A stretch of DNA of 64,000 nt from an uncultured Gammaproteobacteria bacterium (GTDB lineage: Bacteria > Pseudomonadota > Gammaproteobacteria > JACCXJ01), in assembly GCA_963764725.1 (NCBI GenBank), contig CAVXTM010000016.1, positions 288,001 through 352,000 on the forward strand. Direction: 5' to 3'. Below are positions 12,158-22,772 of the stretch, piece by piece (position 1 is the stretch's first letter; every line of letters begins with the position of its first letter). Below the pieces are notes generated by a model. The model saw only the letters and a program-made list of their open reading frames with translations. It had not been told where the DNA came from and made no database searches. A program made the position numbers and the translations under genes.

Positions 12158-12626
12158 CTTTTTCCTGGTCGGGCGAACGTGTGGCATGGGCTCGCAAACG
12201 AGCGATCGCTGCTTGCAAGGCAAGCTCATATCCCTGTGGCCCGAGACCGCTAACTATCCCGACCGCGACTCCGGAAAGGTAGGACGTGTGGCGAAAAGGC
12301 TCGCGCGCGAAGATATTGGATAGATGAACTTCGATAAACGGTATCTTGACTGCTACGAACGCATCGCGTAGCGCGATGCTCGTGTGCGTGAAAGCGCCTG
12401 GGTTGATAATGATGAAGGCGACGTTTTCCGACTGCGCCCGATGAATACGCTCCACCAGCTCGTGTTCGGCATTGCTCTGAAACGAGGACAGCATGTGTCC
12501 CGCCGACAGCGCCAGAGCTTCGAGGCAGGACTCGATCTCGGCGAGCGTCGTGGTACCGTAAATCTCCGGCTCACGTGTTCCTAATAGATTAAGGTTGGGT
12601 CCGTTAATGAGCGCCAGTTGCGACAT
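12144..12626 (-). CDS. aroQ: Type II 3-dehydroquinate dehydratase
   Basis: [33 protein letters not shown]. Confidence 0.96.
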   Translation of the reverse strand: MSQLALINGPNLNLLGTREPEIYGTTTLAEIESCLEALALSAGHMLSSFQSNAEHELVERIHRAQSENVAFIIINPGAFTHTSIALRDAFVAVKIPFIEVHLSNIFAREPFRHTSYLSGVAVGIVSGLGPQGYELALQAAIARLRAHATRSPDQEKDGHP

Positions 12627-12773
12627 ACCCGGTTCTTGAATCGCGGTTAGTTGCCGCTTGTTTCCGACACATTAGCATAAGTTAACGGCGGAAACGAGCA
12701 AACTACCCGCTATTTAGCGGCGTGGCGGAAAGCGCACGGAACCGGCGGCGAGGAATTCAATTTGATTTCGCCA

Positions 12774-12870
12774 CCACGGGGTATGAACCCCGTGGGGCGA
12801 CCAAAGGGGAGAGCTGCGCCTCTCCCCTTTGGAAACCCCATGGCTAAGGATCCCGCGGCAGGACCGCGGG
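12774..12870. repeat. Cluster of three GC-rich hairpins (REP-like)
   Basis: Stems CCACGGGGT/ACCCCGTGG, CCAAAGGGGAGAG/CTCTCCCCTTTGG and CCCGCGG/CCGCGGG. Confidence 0.6.
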
Positions 12871-12879
12871 GAATAAATT

Positions 12880-13428
12880 TTAGGCGGGAGCGCGGAGTAG
12901 CCGCCGGATGAGATTCTCAATTTCGTCCTTGCGGACTTGGCCGGGCTGGGTGAAGGTGATTCTCTTGTTACGATCAATGATCACCGTGTAGGGTAGCGCG
13001 CCGCTCGTATTACCGTAACTCAGAGCGACTTGGATGGCCTCCCACTCGCCGGTCAGCGTCGGGTAATTGATCCCGGCCTTGTTCGCGAATTCTTGCGTCG
13101 TGCTAAGCTCATCGATCGCGATACCCACGATCTGCAAGCCTTTGACCTTATAGTCTTCTTGAAGCGCGATGAGATCCGGGATTTCTTTTTGGCACGGAGG
13201 ACACCAGGTGGCCCAAAAGTTGAGCAGCAAAACTTTTCCGTTCCACTCGCTGATGGGGCGGCTTTCGCCTCTGAAGTCCTTGAGTGAAAAATCGGGCCGC
13301 GCCTGCCCCACCAGGGTCGAAGATGAGGAGTCCGTCCGTGCGCCCAGGTGTTCGCGGAGAAGATAGCCCCCGCCTCCGGCGACGATCAGAAACAAACAAT
13401 AGAATCCAAAACGGTAAGCCGCGCTCAA
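12880..13428 (-). CDS. TlpA-family disulfide reductase
   Basis: N-terminal TM, NFWATWCPPC, LPYTVII. Confidence 0.9.
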   Translation of the reverse strand: MSAAYRFGFYCLFLIVAGGGGYLLREHLGARTDSSSSTLVGQARPDFSLKDFRGESRPISEWNGKVLLLNFWATWCPPCQKEIPDLIALQEDYKVKGLQIVGIAIDELSTTQEFANKAGINYPTLTGEWEAIQVALSYGNTSGALPYTVIIDRNKRITFTQPGQVRKDEIENLIRRLLRAPA

Positions 13429-15275
13429 CGGCGCAACACCCGATCGAGGTGCGAGCGAAACGTCTCCGGCTCGACGAACCCGACAAGACGTTTGTTGCGA
13501 AGCTCGGTACCGTCCGGTGTGTAAAAAAGCAAGGCCGGCGGCCCGAAGACTCCGAGGCTCGCAAGCAGCTCGCGGTCCTCCTTATCATTGGCAGTCACGT
13601 CCACTTTGATAAGCGTTAATTTGCTAAGTTGTTGACCGACAATTTGGTCGGCAAAGGTATGTTTTTCAAGCTCTTTGCACTCCACACACCAGTCCGCGTA
13701 AAGGTCTACCATCACCGGCTCGGCACTATCGCGGGCCGCGCGTAACGCCTTTTCCAAATCCGCCGCGCCTTTGACCCGTGCGAAGCTCAGCGTGAGTGGC
13801 GTCGCGGTGGATCCCTGCGCCAAGAGTGTGGCGCCCGCGAATGGACGCAACATATCGGTGGCCCCCGCGGCCGCGCCGACGATTAAGAGACCGCCGTAAG
13901 TCAAAACCAAAAACCCGGCGCCGCGCGTCAGACGGTGACCCCATGACGCGGTTTTATGGAAGAGATCGAGGGCCCCGAAGAAAATCGCCCCGGTCGTCAA
14001 TAACAGCCCCCATAACAATACGGTGAACGCCGGCGGCAGCAAGCGTTCCAGCATTAAGACTGCGACTGCGAGCATCCCAAACCCGAAGAACGCCTTGACC
14101 TGTTGCATCCAGGGCCCGGCTTTGGGCAGTAGCTGCCCGGTCGAGGTACCCACCGCTATCAGCGGCAATCCCATGCCTATGCCCAAGCAAAAGAGCGCCA
14201 TCCCGCCGAGCACCGCGTCACCAGTCTTACCGATATAAATCAAGGCCCCGGCCAGAGGCGGCGCCACGCAAGGTCCGACGATCAGCGCGGAGAACAATCC
14301 CATCGCCGCGGTTCCCTGCAAGGTTCCGCCTGCTTGCGCGTTGCTCGCCCGGGCGAGGCGCGTCTGCCAACTTGGCGGGAGTTGTAGCTCGAACCAACCG
14401 AACATCGACAAGGCGAGGCCGACAAAGACCGCAGCAAAGAACACCAGCACCCACGGATTTTGAAACGTCGCTTGCAAGTTGTGGCCGAAGCGTCCGGCGA
14501 TCACCCCCATGAGCGCGTAGGTCGCGGCCATCACCACGACGAATACGCTCGATAAAATAAATGCCTTGCGCGTAGTTACGTGCTCGCCTTGACCGGCGAT
14601 GATTCCGGAGAGAATCGGGACCATGGGAAACACGCACGGTGTAAACGCGAGGAGGATCCCGAACCCCGCGAACATGGCCAGCGTCGCGAGCACGGCGCCG
14701 CTTTCGAGTTGCCGCGCCAACGCATCGTGCTCGGCAACGGGTTCGCTTGCTTCCCCGGAAGCGGCGCCGGCCGCCACGTGCGCTGGCAATCGCAGGCTGA
14801 GCGTTTTCTGCATCGGAGGGTAGCAGATCCCGTCGTCGGCGCAGCCCTGATACCTAAGGGTTAAACCGACCTCGGCCTCGCCGGGGCCTGGGCGTCTGAG
14901 CGACAGCGGGACCGTGATGGACCCGGTATACACCTCGACGGATCCGAACTCCGGATCTTCCTTGAAGTGCCCCGAGGGAAGATTAACGCGCCCGAGCCGG
15001 ACGTCGCCGTCGGTCAGGTCAAATCCGAATTTATCCTTATATAGGTAATAACCGTCGGCGATGTCCCAGCGCGCGGCAAGGGTCACCGGATCTTTGATGT
15101 CGACCGTGATCCGAAATGCTTCGTCGGGAGGTAAAAACTCCCGGCGGGCCGGTTCGCCCGCGAAACCGCGCTTAAAATCCTCGAATATATTTGCCGCCCC
15201 GCGTTGTTCGTCGGCAAACACAGGTAGCAACGTTCCAAACAACCAAACGAAGCAGACAGCGCTGACGGTCTTCAC
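13425..15275 (-). CDS. dsbD: Protein-disulfide reductase DsbD
   Basis: YQGCADDGICYPP, FTPCVFPMVP, VGPCVAPP, ADWCVEC. Confidence 0.96.
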   Translation of the reverse strand: MKTVSAVCFVWLFGTLLPVFADEQRGAANIFEDFKRGFAGEPARREFLPPDEAFRITVDIKDPVTLAARWDIADGYYLYKDKFGFDLTDGDVRLGRVNLPSGHFKEDPEFGSVEVYTGSITVPLSLRRPGPGEAEVGLTLRYQGCADDGICYPPMQKTLSLRLPAHVAAGAASGEASEPVAEHDALARQLESGAVLATLAMFAGFGILLAFTPCVFPMVPILSGIIAGQGEHVTTRKAFILSSVFVVVMAATYALMGVIAGRFGHNLQATFQNPWVLVFFAAVFVGLALSMFGWFELQLPPSWQTRLARASNAQAGGTLQGTAAMGLFSALIVGPCVAPPLAGALIYIGKTGDAVLGGMALFCLGIGMGLPLIAVGTSTGQLLPKAGPWMQQVKAFFGFGMLAVAVLMLERLLPPAFTVLLWGLLLTTGAIFFGALDLFHKTASWGHRLTRGAGFLVLTYGGLLIVGAAAGATDMLRPFAGATLLAQGSTATPLTLSFARVKGAADLEKALRAARDSAEPVMVDLYADWCVECKELEKHTFADQIVGQQLSKLTLIKVDVTANDKEDRELLASLGVFGPPALLFYTPDGTELRNKRLVGFVEPETFRSHLDRVLRR

Positions 15276-15607
15276 GGGGTTGCGTTCACCATTTCGTTAA
15301 TCCAGCTTAAATACGGGCTCGAGCCTCGCACTATAGGGACCGCGATGATTTCGGGGAGTTCATACGGATGTTCCGATTTTAGCAAGGATTCCACCGCCTC
15401 GTAACGCCATCGGCGGGTTTTGATCAAGAGCAGGACTTCGGCACTCGATTCGAGCTTATCGGCCCAGCGGTAAATCGAGTGCACCGCGGGAAGGATATTG
15501 ACGCAAGCGGCGGCGCGTTGTTCGACCAACCGGGTAGCTATTCGGCCCGCGACCGCGTTGTCGGGGCACGTCGATAGCACGAGGAGGTAGTCTTCGGCAT
15601 CCGTCAT
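15272..15607 (-). CDS. cutA: Divalent-cation tolerance protein CutA
   Basis: [20 protein letters not shown]. Confidence 0.95.
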   Translation of the reverse strand: MTDAEDYLLVLSTCPDNAVAGRIATRLVEQRAAACVNILPAVHSIYRWADKLESSAEVLLLIKTRRWRYEAVESLLKSEHPYELPEIIAVPIVRGSSPYLSWINEMVNATP

Positions 15608-15640
15608 CGCCGGTCCTCGTTTCGGATCAGCGGAAGTCGG

Positions 15641-15668
15641 TTGACAGTAACGGCGCGCCGCCTATAAT
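15641..15668 (+). promoter_or_regulatory. Sigma70 promoter of groESL
   Basis: TTGACA (15641-15646), 16 bp, TATAAT (15663-15668). Confidence 0.8.
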
Positions 15669-15694
15669 TAGCACTCACAAGAAGCGAGTGCTAA
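15668..15694. promoter_or_regulatory. CIRCE element (HrcA operator)
   Basis: Perfect TTAGCACTC-N9-GAGTGCTAA upstream of groES. Confidence 0.95.
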
Positions 15695-15738
15695 TACCGC
15701 TTTGTTTTTCTATCGCACATCGGAGGAGGTTAATCATC

Positions 15739-16029
15739 ATGAATATTCGTCCCTTACACGATCGCGTCATCATCCGCCGCCTAGAGGAAGATCGCAAGAG
15801 CGCCGGGGGTATCGTCATCCCGGACACGGCCGCGGAAAAACCTATGAAAGGAGAAGTCGTTGCCGCGGGTCCAGGTAAGCTCTCGGAAGACGGCAAAGTC
15901 AGACCGCTCGACGTCAAACCCGGTGATAAGGTGCTTTTCGGCAAGTATTCTGGTACCGAAGTCAAAATGAACGGCCAGGACATAGTGGTCATGCGGGAAG
16001 ACGACATCATGGGCGTCATCGAAGGTTGA
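15739..16029 (+). CDS. groES: Co-chaperonin GroES
   Basis: [23 protein letters not shown]; RBS GGAGGAGG. Confidence 0.98.
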   Translation: MNIRPLHDRVIIRRLEEDRKSAGGIVIPDTAAEKPMKGEVVAAGPGKLSEDGKVRPLDVKPGDKVLFGKYSGTEVKMNGQDIVVMREDDIMGVIEG

Positions 16030-16056
16030 ATTTAGAATCTTTAATATAAGAGGTGA

Positions 16057-17700
<1,644 letters not shown>

Positions 17701-17727
17701 TCCCGAAGGGAATCCACGCACATCACT

Positions 17728-17758
17728 AAAAACCCCGCGCAACCCGCGGGGTTTTTTT
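17728..17758. terminator. Bidirectional rho-independent terminator after groEL
   Basis: AAAAACCCCGCG-loop-CGCGGGGTTTTTTT between convergent genes. Confidence 0.85.
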
Positions 17759-19475
17759 ATAGGCGGGAGAGATCGAGCCCTGCGCGATCGCTGGCCCAGG
17801 CCTCTGCCAGTCGTCTCTCGGCGACACGTGCTTGGTCTTTATCACCCCGCCGCTTGTAGACTTGCGTTAAGCCATAGAGCGCCCAACCGTTGTGAGGCGC
17901 CTCGCGCAGGCTCGCCCGGAATGCGTCCTCGGCGCCGGCGAGATCGCCCGAGAGCAGGAGCACGGCGCCGAGCGACTGGCGCACCGGATAGTACCAGTAC
18001 GGCGGCTCCGTGTAGGAAAGCTTATCCTGAATGGCTACCGCCCGCGCGAGCTCGGTACGCGCGGACTTTAGGGCGCCTCCGGCTTGAGCGATGCGAGCGC
18101 GTAGCACGTGGCGGGCGAGTGCCAGCACGTCGCCCGCGGGGATCCCGCCGGCCGTGAGCGCGGAAAAGTCCGCGCGGGCGGCGATCGCCGCGATCGCCGC
18201 CGCCGCGCGCTCGGCGGCCTGGATATCCTTACGGGACGCATGGGCCACGCCGCGAGCGTACTGCCACATCGCCTGCACATAGGGCAGACTGGATCCGGGA
18301 TCCCGCAAGGCCAACACAATCTCGGGCGCGCTGAACTGGGCGTGGGCAAAATAGGGCGCCGCTTTAATGGGCTGCACCCAGGGAATGGCCCGGGCCGCAT
18401 CAGCGGTCACCACGCGCGAGAGCTTCTCAGCCGCGGCGATCGCGGTCTTGCCGTCGCCCGCCATCTGGGCCGCGGCCATGAGCGAGTGCACGTTGTGCGG
18501 ATAATAGGCCTGCGGATAGATGCCCTCGGGCGCCGCCTCGGCGATATAGGCCTCATCGGCCGCTACCCCCGCCTTATTCACGGCAAGCGCGTCCAGATAG
18601 CGGCCCATGCGGAAATAGATGTGAAAGGGCATGTGCACGAGATGGCCGGCGCCGGGCATGAGATCCGCGAGACGCGTGGCATACGGTTCCGCCCGCTCCG
18701 GCCGGTCCGAGGCCTCGACCATGTGGATATAGTAGTGGATCGCCCCCGGATGGTCAGGATGTTTGTCCAGCACCCGTTCCAGGACGGCGAGGATCTCCGC
18801 CGTTCTGCCTTTCGGCCGGCGGCCGTTCGATGCCCAGTAGTCCCAAGGCGTGAGATCCATCAGGGACTCGGCGTAGAGAATCTGGATGTCCGCGTCCTCG
18901 GGATAGCGGGCCGCCACTCGATTCATGGCCGTAGCGTAGGCGGCATCCAAGGTCGCCCGCTCGGCGTTTTCGGAATAGCGCCTGCCGAGCGCCTCGATCA
19001 GCGCTCGTTCACGGCGCGAAGCGTAGCGGGCTTTCTTTTGCGCCTCGCGCAGGGCCGCGAGCGCAGGTTTTACTGCGGCGGAGTCCATCGGCGCGTTGAT
19101 GTTGGGGCCGAGCACGAGTGCCTCACCCCAAGCGCAGAGGGCGCATTTCGGATCGAGCTTCTGCGCCATTCGAAAGGCGCGCCGCGCTTCGGTATGGTTG
19201 AACGCGTAGGTGAGCCGCAGGCCTTGATCGAAGTACTTCTGAGCGCGTGGACTCGTTGTCGTGACCTTGTAGCTCAGCGTGCCGAGGTTGTCCCAAAGCG
19301 GCGGCGCGCTCTCGACGAAGGATTCAGACGGGCGGCGGACTTGATCCGCGAAGCCCCCGACCTCGCCCCGGACCGCGTGGTCGTGCCCAGGGGCTGCTTG
19401 AGCACTGGCCGGCAGTACCGCCGCGATTCCAACGAATATCATCGAGCAAACCGCAACCATATGCATGCAAAACAT
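17757..19475 (-). CDS. Exported TPR-like helical protein with His motifs
   Basis: Signal peptide; AQKYFDQGL, HPGAIHYYIH, GHLVHMPFHIY, YYPHNVH; RBS GGAGGA before 19475. Confidence 0.75.
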   Translation of the reverse strand: MFCMHMVAVCSMIFVGIAAVLPASAQAAPGHDHAVRGEVGGFADQVRRPSESFVESAPPLWDNLGTLSYKVTTTSPRAQKYFDQGLRLTYAFNHTEARRAFRMAQKLDPKCALCAWGEALVLGPNINAPMDSAAVKPALAALREAQKKARYASRRERALIEALGRRYSENAERATLDAAYATAMNRVAARYPEDADIQILYAESLMDLTPWDYWASNGRRPKGRTAEILAVLERVLDKHPDHPGAIHYYIHMVEASDRPERAEPYATRLADLMPGAGHLVHMPFHIYFRMGRYLDALAVNKAGVAADEAYIAEAAPEGIYPQAYYPHNVHSLMAAAQMAGDGKTAIAAAEKLSRVVTADAARAIPWVQPIKAAPYFAHAQFSAPEIVLALRDPGSSLPYVQAMWQYARGVAHASRKDIQAAERAAAAIAAIAARADFSALTAGGIPAGDVLALARHVLRARIAQAGGALKSARTELARAVAIQDKLSYTEPPYWYYPVRQSLGAVLLLSGDLAGAEDAFRASLREAPHNGWALYGLTQVYKRRGDKDQARVAERRLAEAWASDRAGLDLSRL

Positions 19476-19625
19476 GGTCATTCCTCCGCAACAGCTACAG
19501 GTTCCGCGATAACAGACCGAGCGTCGCAAACCAGGGGCTGCTCTATGGACCCTACCATCCGAAAAATGGCGCCTTACCGCCATTGATATCGGGCTTTCGG
19601 AGGCGCGCACCGTGCTGGTGGTGGA

Positions 19626-20957
19626 TCAGCCACGCTCCTCCACGGGCAGGAAGGGCCTGGCCGCGGACCCTGTATAGCGCTGGCGCGGACGGCTGATTCT
19701 CTGATCGGTATCCGCGATCATCTCCTTCCACTGCGCGACCCAGCCGACCGTGCGGGCCACGGCAAAGAGCACCGTGAACATGCTGGTCGGAAAGCCCATA
19801 GCCTTAAGGATGATCCCGGAGTAGAAATCTACGTTAGGATACAGCTTGCGCTCCACGAAATAGTCATCCTCAAGCGCGATGCGTTCCAGTTCCATGGCGA
19901 TCTCCAGCAGCGGCTCCCGGATGACGCCAAGTTCCGCGAGCACCTCGTGACAGGATTCACGCAGCACCGCTGCCCGCGGATCATAGTGCTTGTAGACCCG
20001 ATGGCCAAAGCCCATGAGCCGCAGCGCGCTGTTCTTTTCCTTGACCCGCCCGATAAACTCGGGGACGCGATCCTTGGAGCCGATTTCCTGCAACATTGTG
20101 AGCACGGCTTCATTCGCCCCGCCGTGGGCCGGGCCCCAGAGCGAGGCAATACCCGCGGCGACACAGGCAAAGGGGTTGGCACCGCTCGAGCCGGCCGTGC
20201 GCACGGTTGAGGTAGAGGCATTCTGTTCGTGATCGGCATGCAGGATAAAAATCCGGTTCATCGCGCGCGCCATGACCGGGCTGAGCTTGTACGTCTCGCA
20301 CGGCACGGAGAACATCATTTGCAGGAAATTGTCGGCATACCTCAAGTCGTTGCGCGGATAAACGAACGGCTGGCCGATGGAGTATTTGTAGGCCATGGCG
20401 GCGATGGTCGGCATTTTGGCGATGAGCCGCTGCGCGGCGATCTTGCGCTGCTCAGGGTCGGTGATGTCGGTGCTGTCATGATAGAACGCGCTCAGCGCCC
20501 CCACCACGCCCACCATCACGGCCATGGGGTGAGCGTCGCGCCGAAAACCACGGTAAAAGGAAAGCACCTGTTCATTGAGCATGGTGTGATAGGTGATGAT
20601 ATCCTCGAAACCGGTCTTTTGACTGGCGTTTGGCAGTTCGCCGTAAAGAAGCAGGTAGCAGACCTCGAGGAAATCACAATGCTCGGCGAGATCCTTGATC
20701 GGGTAGCCGCGATGCAGAAGCACCCCCTGCTCGCCGTCGATGAAGGTGATCCGTGATTCGCAGCTCGCGGTCGAGGTAAACCCGGGGTCATAGGTGAAAT
20801 AGCCAAGCTCGCTGTAGAGCTTACGGATATCGATGACGCTCGGGCCTAGGGTGCCGCCGAGCAAGGGCAGTTCCACCCGTCTTCCCGAAGCCTCATCGAT
20901 GAGCGCGATGGTCGCGGGCCCGGAGGCCGGATCCGGTATCTCGGGTGTTTGACTCAT
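19626..20957 (-). CDS. gltA: Citrate synthase
   Basis: [46 protein letters not shown]. Confidence 0.97.
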   Translation of the reverse strand: MSQTPEIPDPASGPATIALIDEASGRRVELPLLGGTLGPSVIDIRKLYSELGYFTYDPGFTSTASCESRITFIDGEQGVLLHRGYPIKDLAEHCDFLEVCYLLLYGELPNASQKTGFEDIITYHTMLNEQVLSFYRGFRRDAHPMAVMVGVVGALSAFYHDSTDITDPEQRKIAAQRLIAKMPTIAAMAYKYSIGQPFVYPRNDLRYADNFLQMMFSVPCETYKLSPVMARAMNRIFILHADHEQNASTSTVRTAGSSGANPFACVAAGIASLWGPAHGGANEAVLTMLQEIGSKDRVPEFIGRVKEKNSALRLMGFGHRVYKHYDPRAAVLRESCHEVLAELGVIREPLLEIAMELERIALEDDYFVERKLYPNVDFYSGIILKAMGFPTSMFTVLFAVARTVGWVAQWKEMIADTDQRISRPRQRYTGSAARPFLPVEERG

Positions 20958-20969
20958 AGATAATCCTCC

Positions 20970-20985
20970 ATTCACAACCTCTTAG
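20970..20985 (+). repeat. Partial copy (right end) of the MITE-like element
   Basis: ATTCACAACCTCTTAG is identical to 11639-11654 and abuts the gltA RBS. Confidence 0.65.
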
Positions 20986-21302
20986 TCGACCTGGCTAGGG
21001 AATAGCGCGGCTTCGGTCAGCTTGTCCCAGTCTTTCCGCGCCTCCAGGTTGATGCTCAGGCCAGTGTTGTTTTGCCGACCTGACGGGGACCGATCAAGGC
21101 GACGACGGCTTGGCTAGCCAAGGCCTCTCGAACAAGTTTGGCGTTACGACGCAATAACATCCGTGTAAATTATCCATCCTATGGATGATTTACAAGGATC
21201 ACAAGTCCGAAGCGTGTCGCTCGCGTCCTCGTCCTAGAAGAGCTGGAAATCCACGAAGAAAGTCGCTCTGCCGAAGCGGTCGGTCGATGAGTCCGGAGTC
21301 TC

Positions 21303-21674
21303 CTACCCCGCCGTAGACACACGGGCGAGGGCGTCGCGGATATCCACGACGGCTGCGAGCGGATCGACCAGGCAGGCAGGTTCGTGAGCGATCCCGGCCG
21401 CCGATAATCGGTAGGCGATCGCCGGGCATGCATGGACCACGCGCACACGCGCGCCGCTCCGCCGCGCCCACTGACAAAACATAATGAGCCAATTGAGACC
21501 CGAGTCGCGCGTGTCCGTCACATCGGCCAGATCGATGATGTAGTTCTCATGGCGGTTTCGCTCCGGCTCGCAATACTGCCAGAGCGCGAAACCGTGCGAC
21601 AAATCAAAATGACCCATGGCGCTCAGCGTGACCGTCTTGCGATCCGCCGATAACGTAATGGTAAAGGCTGCCAT
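21303..21674 (-). CDS. STAS-domain (anti-sigma antagonist-like) protein
   Basis: GHFDLS, YIIDLADVTDTRDSGLNWL resembles the STAS D-L-x-x-V-x-x-x-D-S-S-G-L motif; RBS AGGAG. Confidence 0.75.
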   Translation of the reverse strand: MAAFTITLSADRKTVTLSAMGHFDLSHGFALWQYCEPERNRHENYIIDLADVTDTRDSGLNWLIMFCQWARRSGARVRVVHACPAIAYRLSAAGIAHEPACLVDPLAAVVDIRDALARVSTAG

Positions 21675-21711
21675 CGTCGTCTCCTAGCGTTTCGAGATTA
21701 ATAGCACCTGC

Positions 21712-21771
21712 ATTTAACCCTAGGCCCGTACGCCGCGCAATATGACAAATTGCCGCGCGTCAATTCGTCGC
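21712..21771 (-). promoter_or_regulatory. Tandem RegA/PrrA-like boxes and promoter of the STAS gene
   Basis: Minus strand GCGACGAATTGACGC-GCGGCAATTTGTCAT-A-TTGCGC-17bp-TTAAAT. Confidence 0.55.
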
Positions 21772-21785
21772 AGCTTGAACGCCAT

Positions 21786-21835
21786 GGGGTGCGACAATTT
21801 GTCGCATTTTAAAAGGCGATCGCCATTGCTATGAT
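21786..21835 (+). promoter_or_regulatory. RegA/PrrA-like box plus promoter pointing into an unannotated gap
   Basis: GGGGT-GCGACAATTTGTCGC-A-TTTTAA-17bp-TATGAT with TGn extension. Confidence 0.65.
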
Positions 21836-21881
21836 TGCCGGGGCTGAAGGACAGAAGATGCGAATATCGCAAAACGGAGAA

Positions 21882-21911
21882 GGAAAGAAAGGCCGCGCCA
21901 GAGGCGCGGCC
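21882..21911 (-). terminator. Rho-independent terminator downstream of csp
   Basis: GGCCGCGCC-TCT-GGCGCGGCC followed by TTTCTTTCC on the minus strand. Confidence 0.65.
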
Positions 21912-22027
21912 ATAAAGCGCGGTGGTGAGAGACGAGTGTCGAGGCCGCTAAACCTGAAAGACGCTCGAATCTTCCACTACGTGCCGGAGCCCTACGGCCT
22001 TGCTAGGTCGCTGGCCCTATGCACAGC

Positions 22028-22510
22028 TTAGGCTACCTTCTTGACTTCCCGCACCAAGGCGGCGCAGGCCTCGGCACAGTCCGCACAGCTCTGGTGCTTG
22101 GAGGCGTGTTTGCGGCATTCCTTTTCGCAGTCTGCACAGACCGCGGCACACGCGTTGGCGAACGCCTTCGTGTGTGCCGAATTACTTGCGCTCAACTGTG
22201 CCAGGGCATTGCACGCCGCGATGGTCTCTTGTACCGCGACCGCGCAGCTCGCGAGCGACGTGTCGCCGCCCTTGAAGGTGTTGATGCAGTGATTGAGGCA
22301 AGCGTGCCCCTTGGCCATGCAGGTTTCGGCGGCCATCATGAGGCCGCTGTACTGCCAGCTATGGTGATTGGCCGCCGCGAAGGCTCGCCCGGTGCCGGTC
22401 ATGAGCGCGGCCGCGCCCACCGCCGTGGCGCCGGCGAGGAATTTCCTGCGCGCGGACTGACAGGGGGCGTCACCGGTCTCCGGATGGGTATTTGAATGTA
22501 ACTCGGACAT
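22028..22510 (-). CDS. csp1: Tat-exported Cys-rich four-helix-bundle copper storage protein (Csp1/Csp2-like)
   Basis: Twin-Arg SARRKFL signal; 12 Cys in the mature part, many in CxxxC/CxxC spacing; RBS AAAGGAG. Confidence 0.85.
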   Translation of the reverse strand: MSELHSNTHPETGDAPCQSARRKFLAGATAVGAAALMTGTGRAFAAANHHSWQYSGLMMAAETCMAKGHACLNHCINTFKGGDTSLASCAVAVQETIAACNALAQLSASNSAHTKAFANACAAVCADCEKECRKHASKHQSCADCAEACAALVREVKKVA

Positions 22511-22705
22511 ATCAGCTCTCCTTTCAATATGGATGGATAAAGGGTTGCGCAGGCGTGTAACCCCAGTGTCGCTAGGGTGTTGCGGCGCTTTCGGTTGATG
22601 GGATGGCGGAGGAGAGCTGATTTTCCTGCCCATCCCGGACGAAAGCGTCGCACCTTCTCGGTACGCGGATCGCACGGAGGCGCAAACCCGCCAGGGATTA
22701 TATCA
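22511..22705 (-). promoter_or_regulatory. Extended -10 promoter and ~180-nt structured csp leader with anti-SD
   Basis: TG-A-TATAAT at 22705-22697; 22610-22621 is perfectly complementary to RBS region 22511-22522; long hairpin 22581-22652. Confidence 0.55.
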
Positions 22706-22772
22706 GACCGCTAGATCTCTGGATACTATTTATCTTCTATCTTCGCCGGGCGGCGTTCTGATGGCGCTGCGC

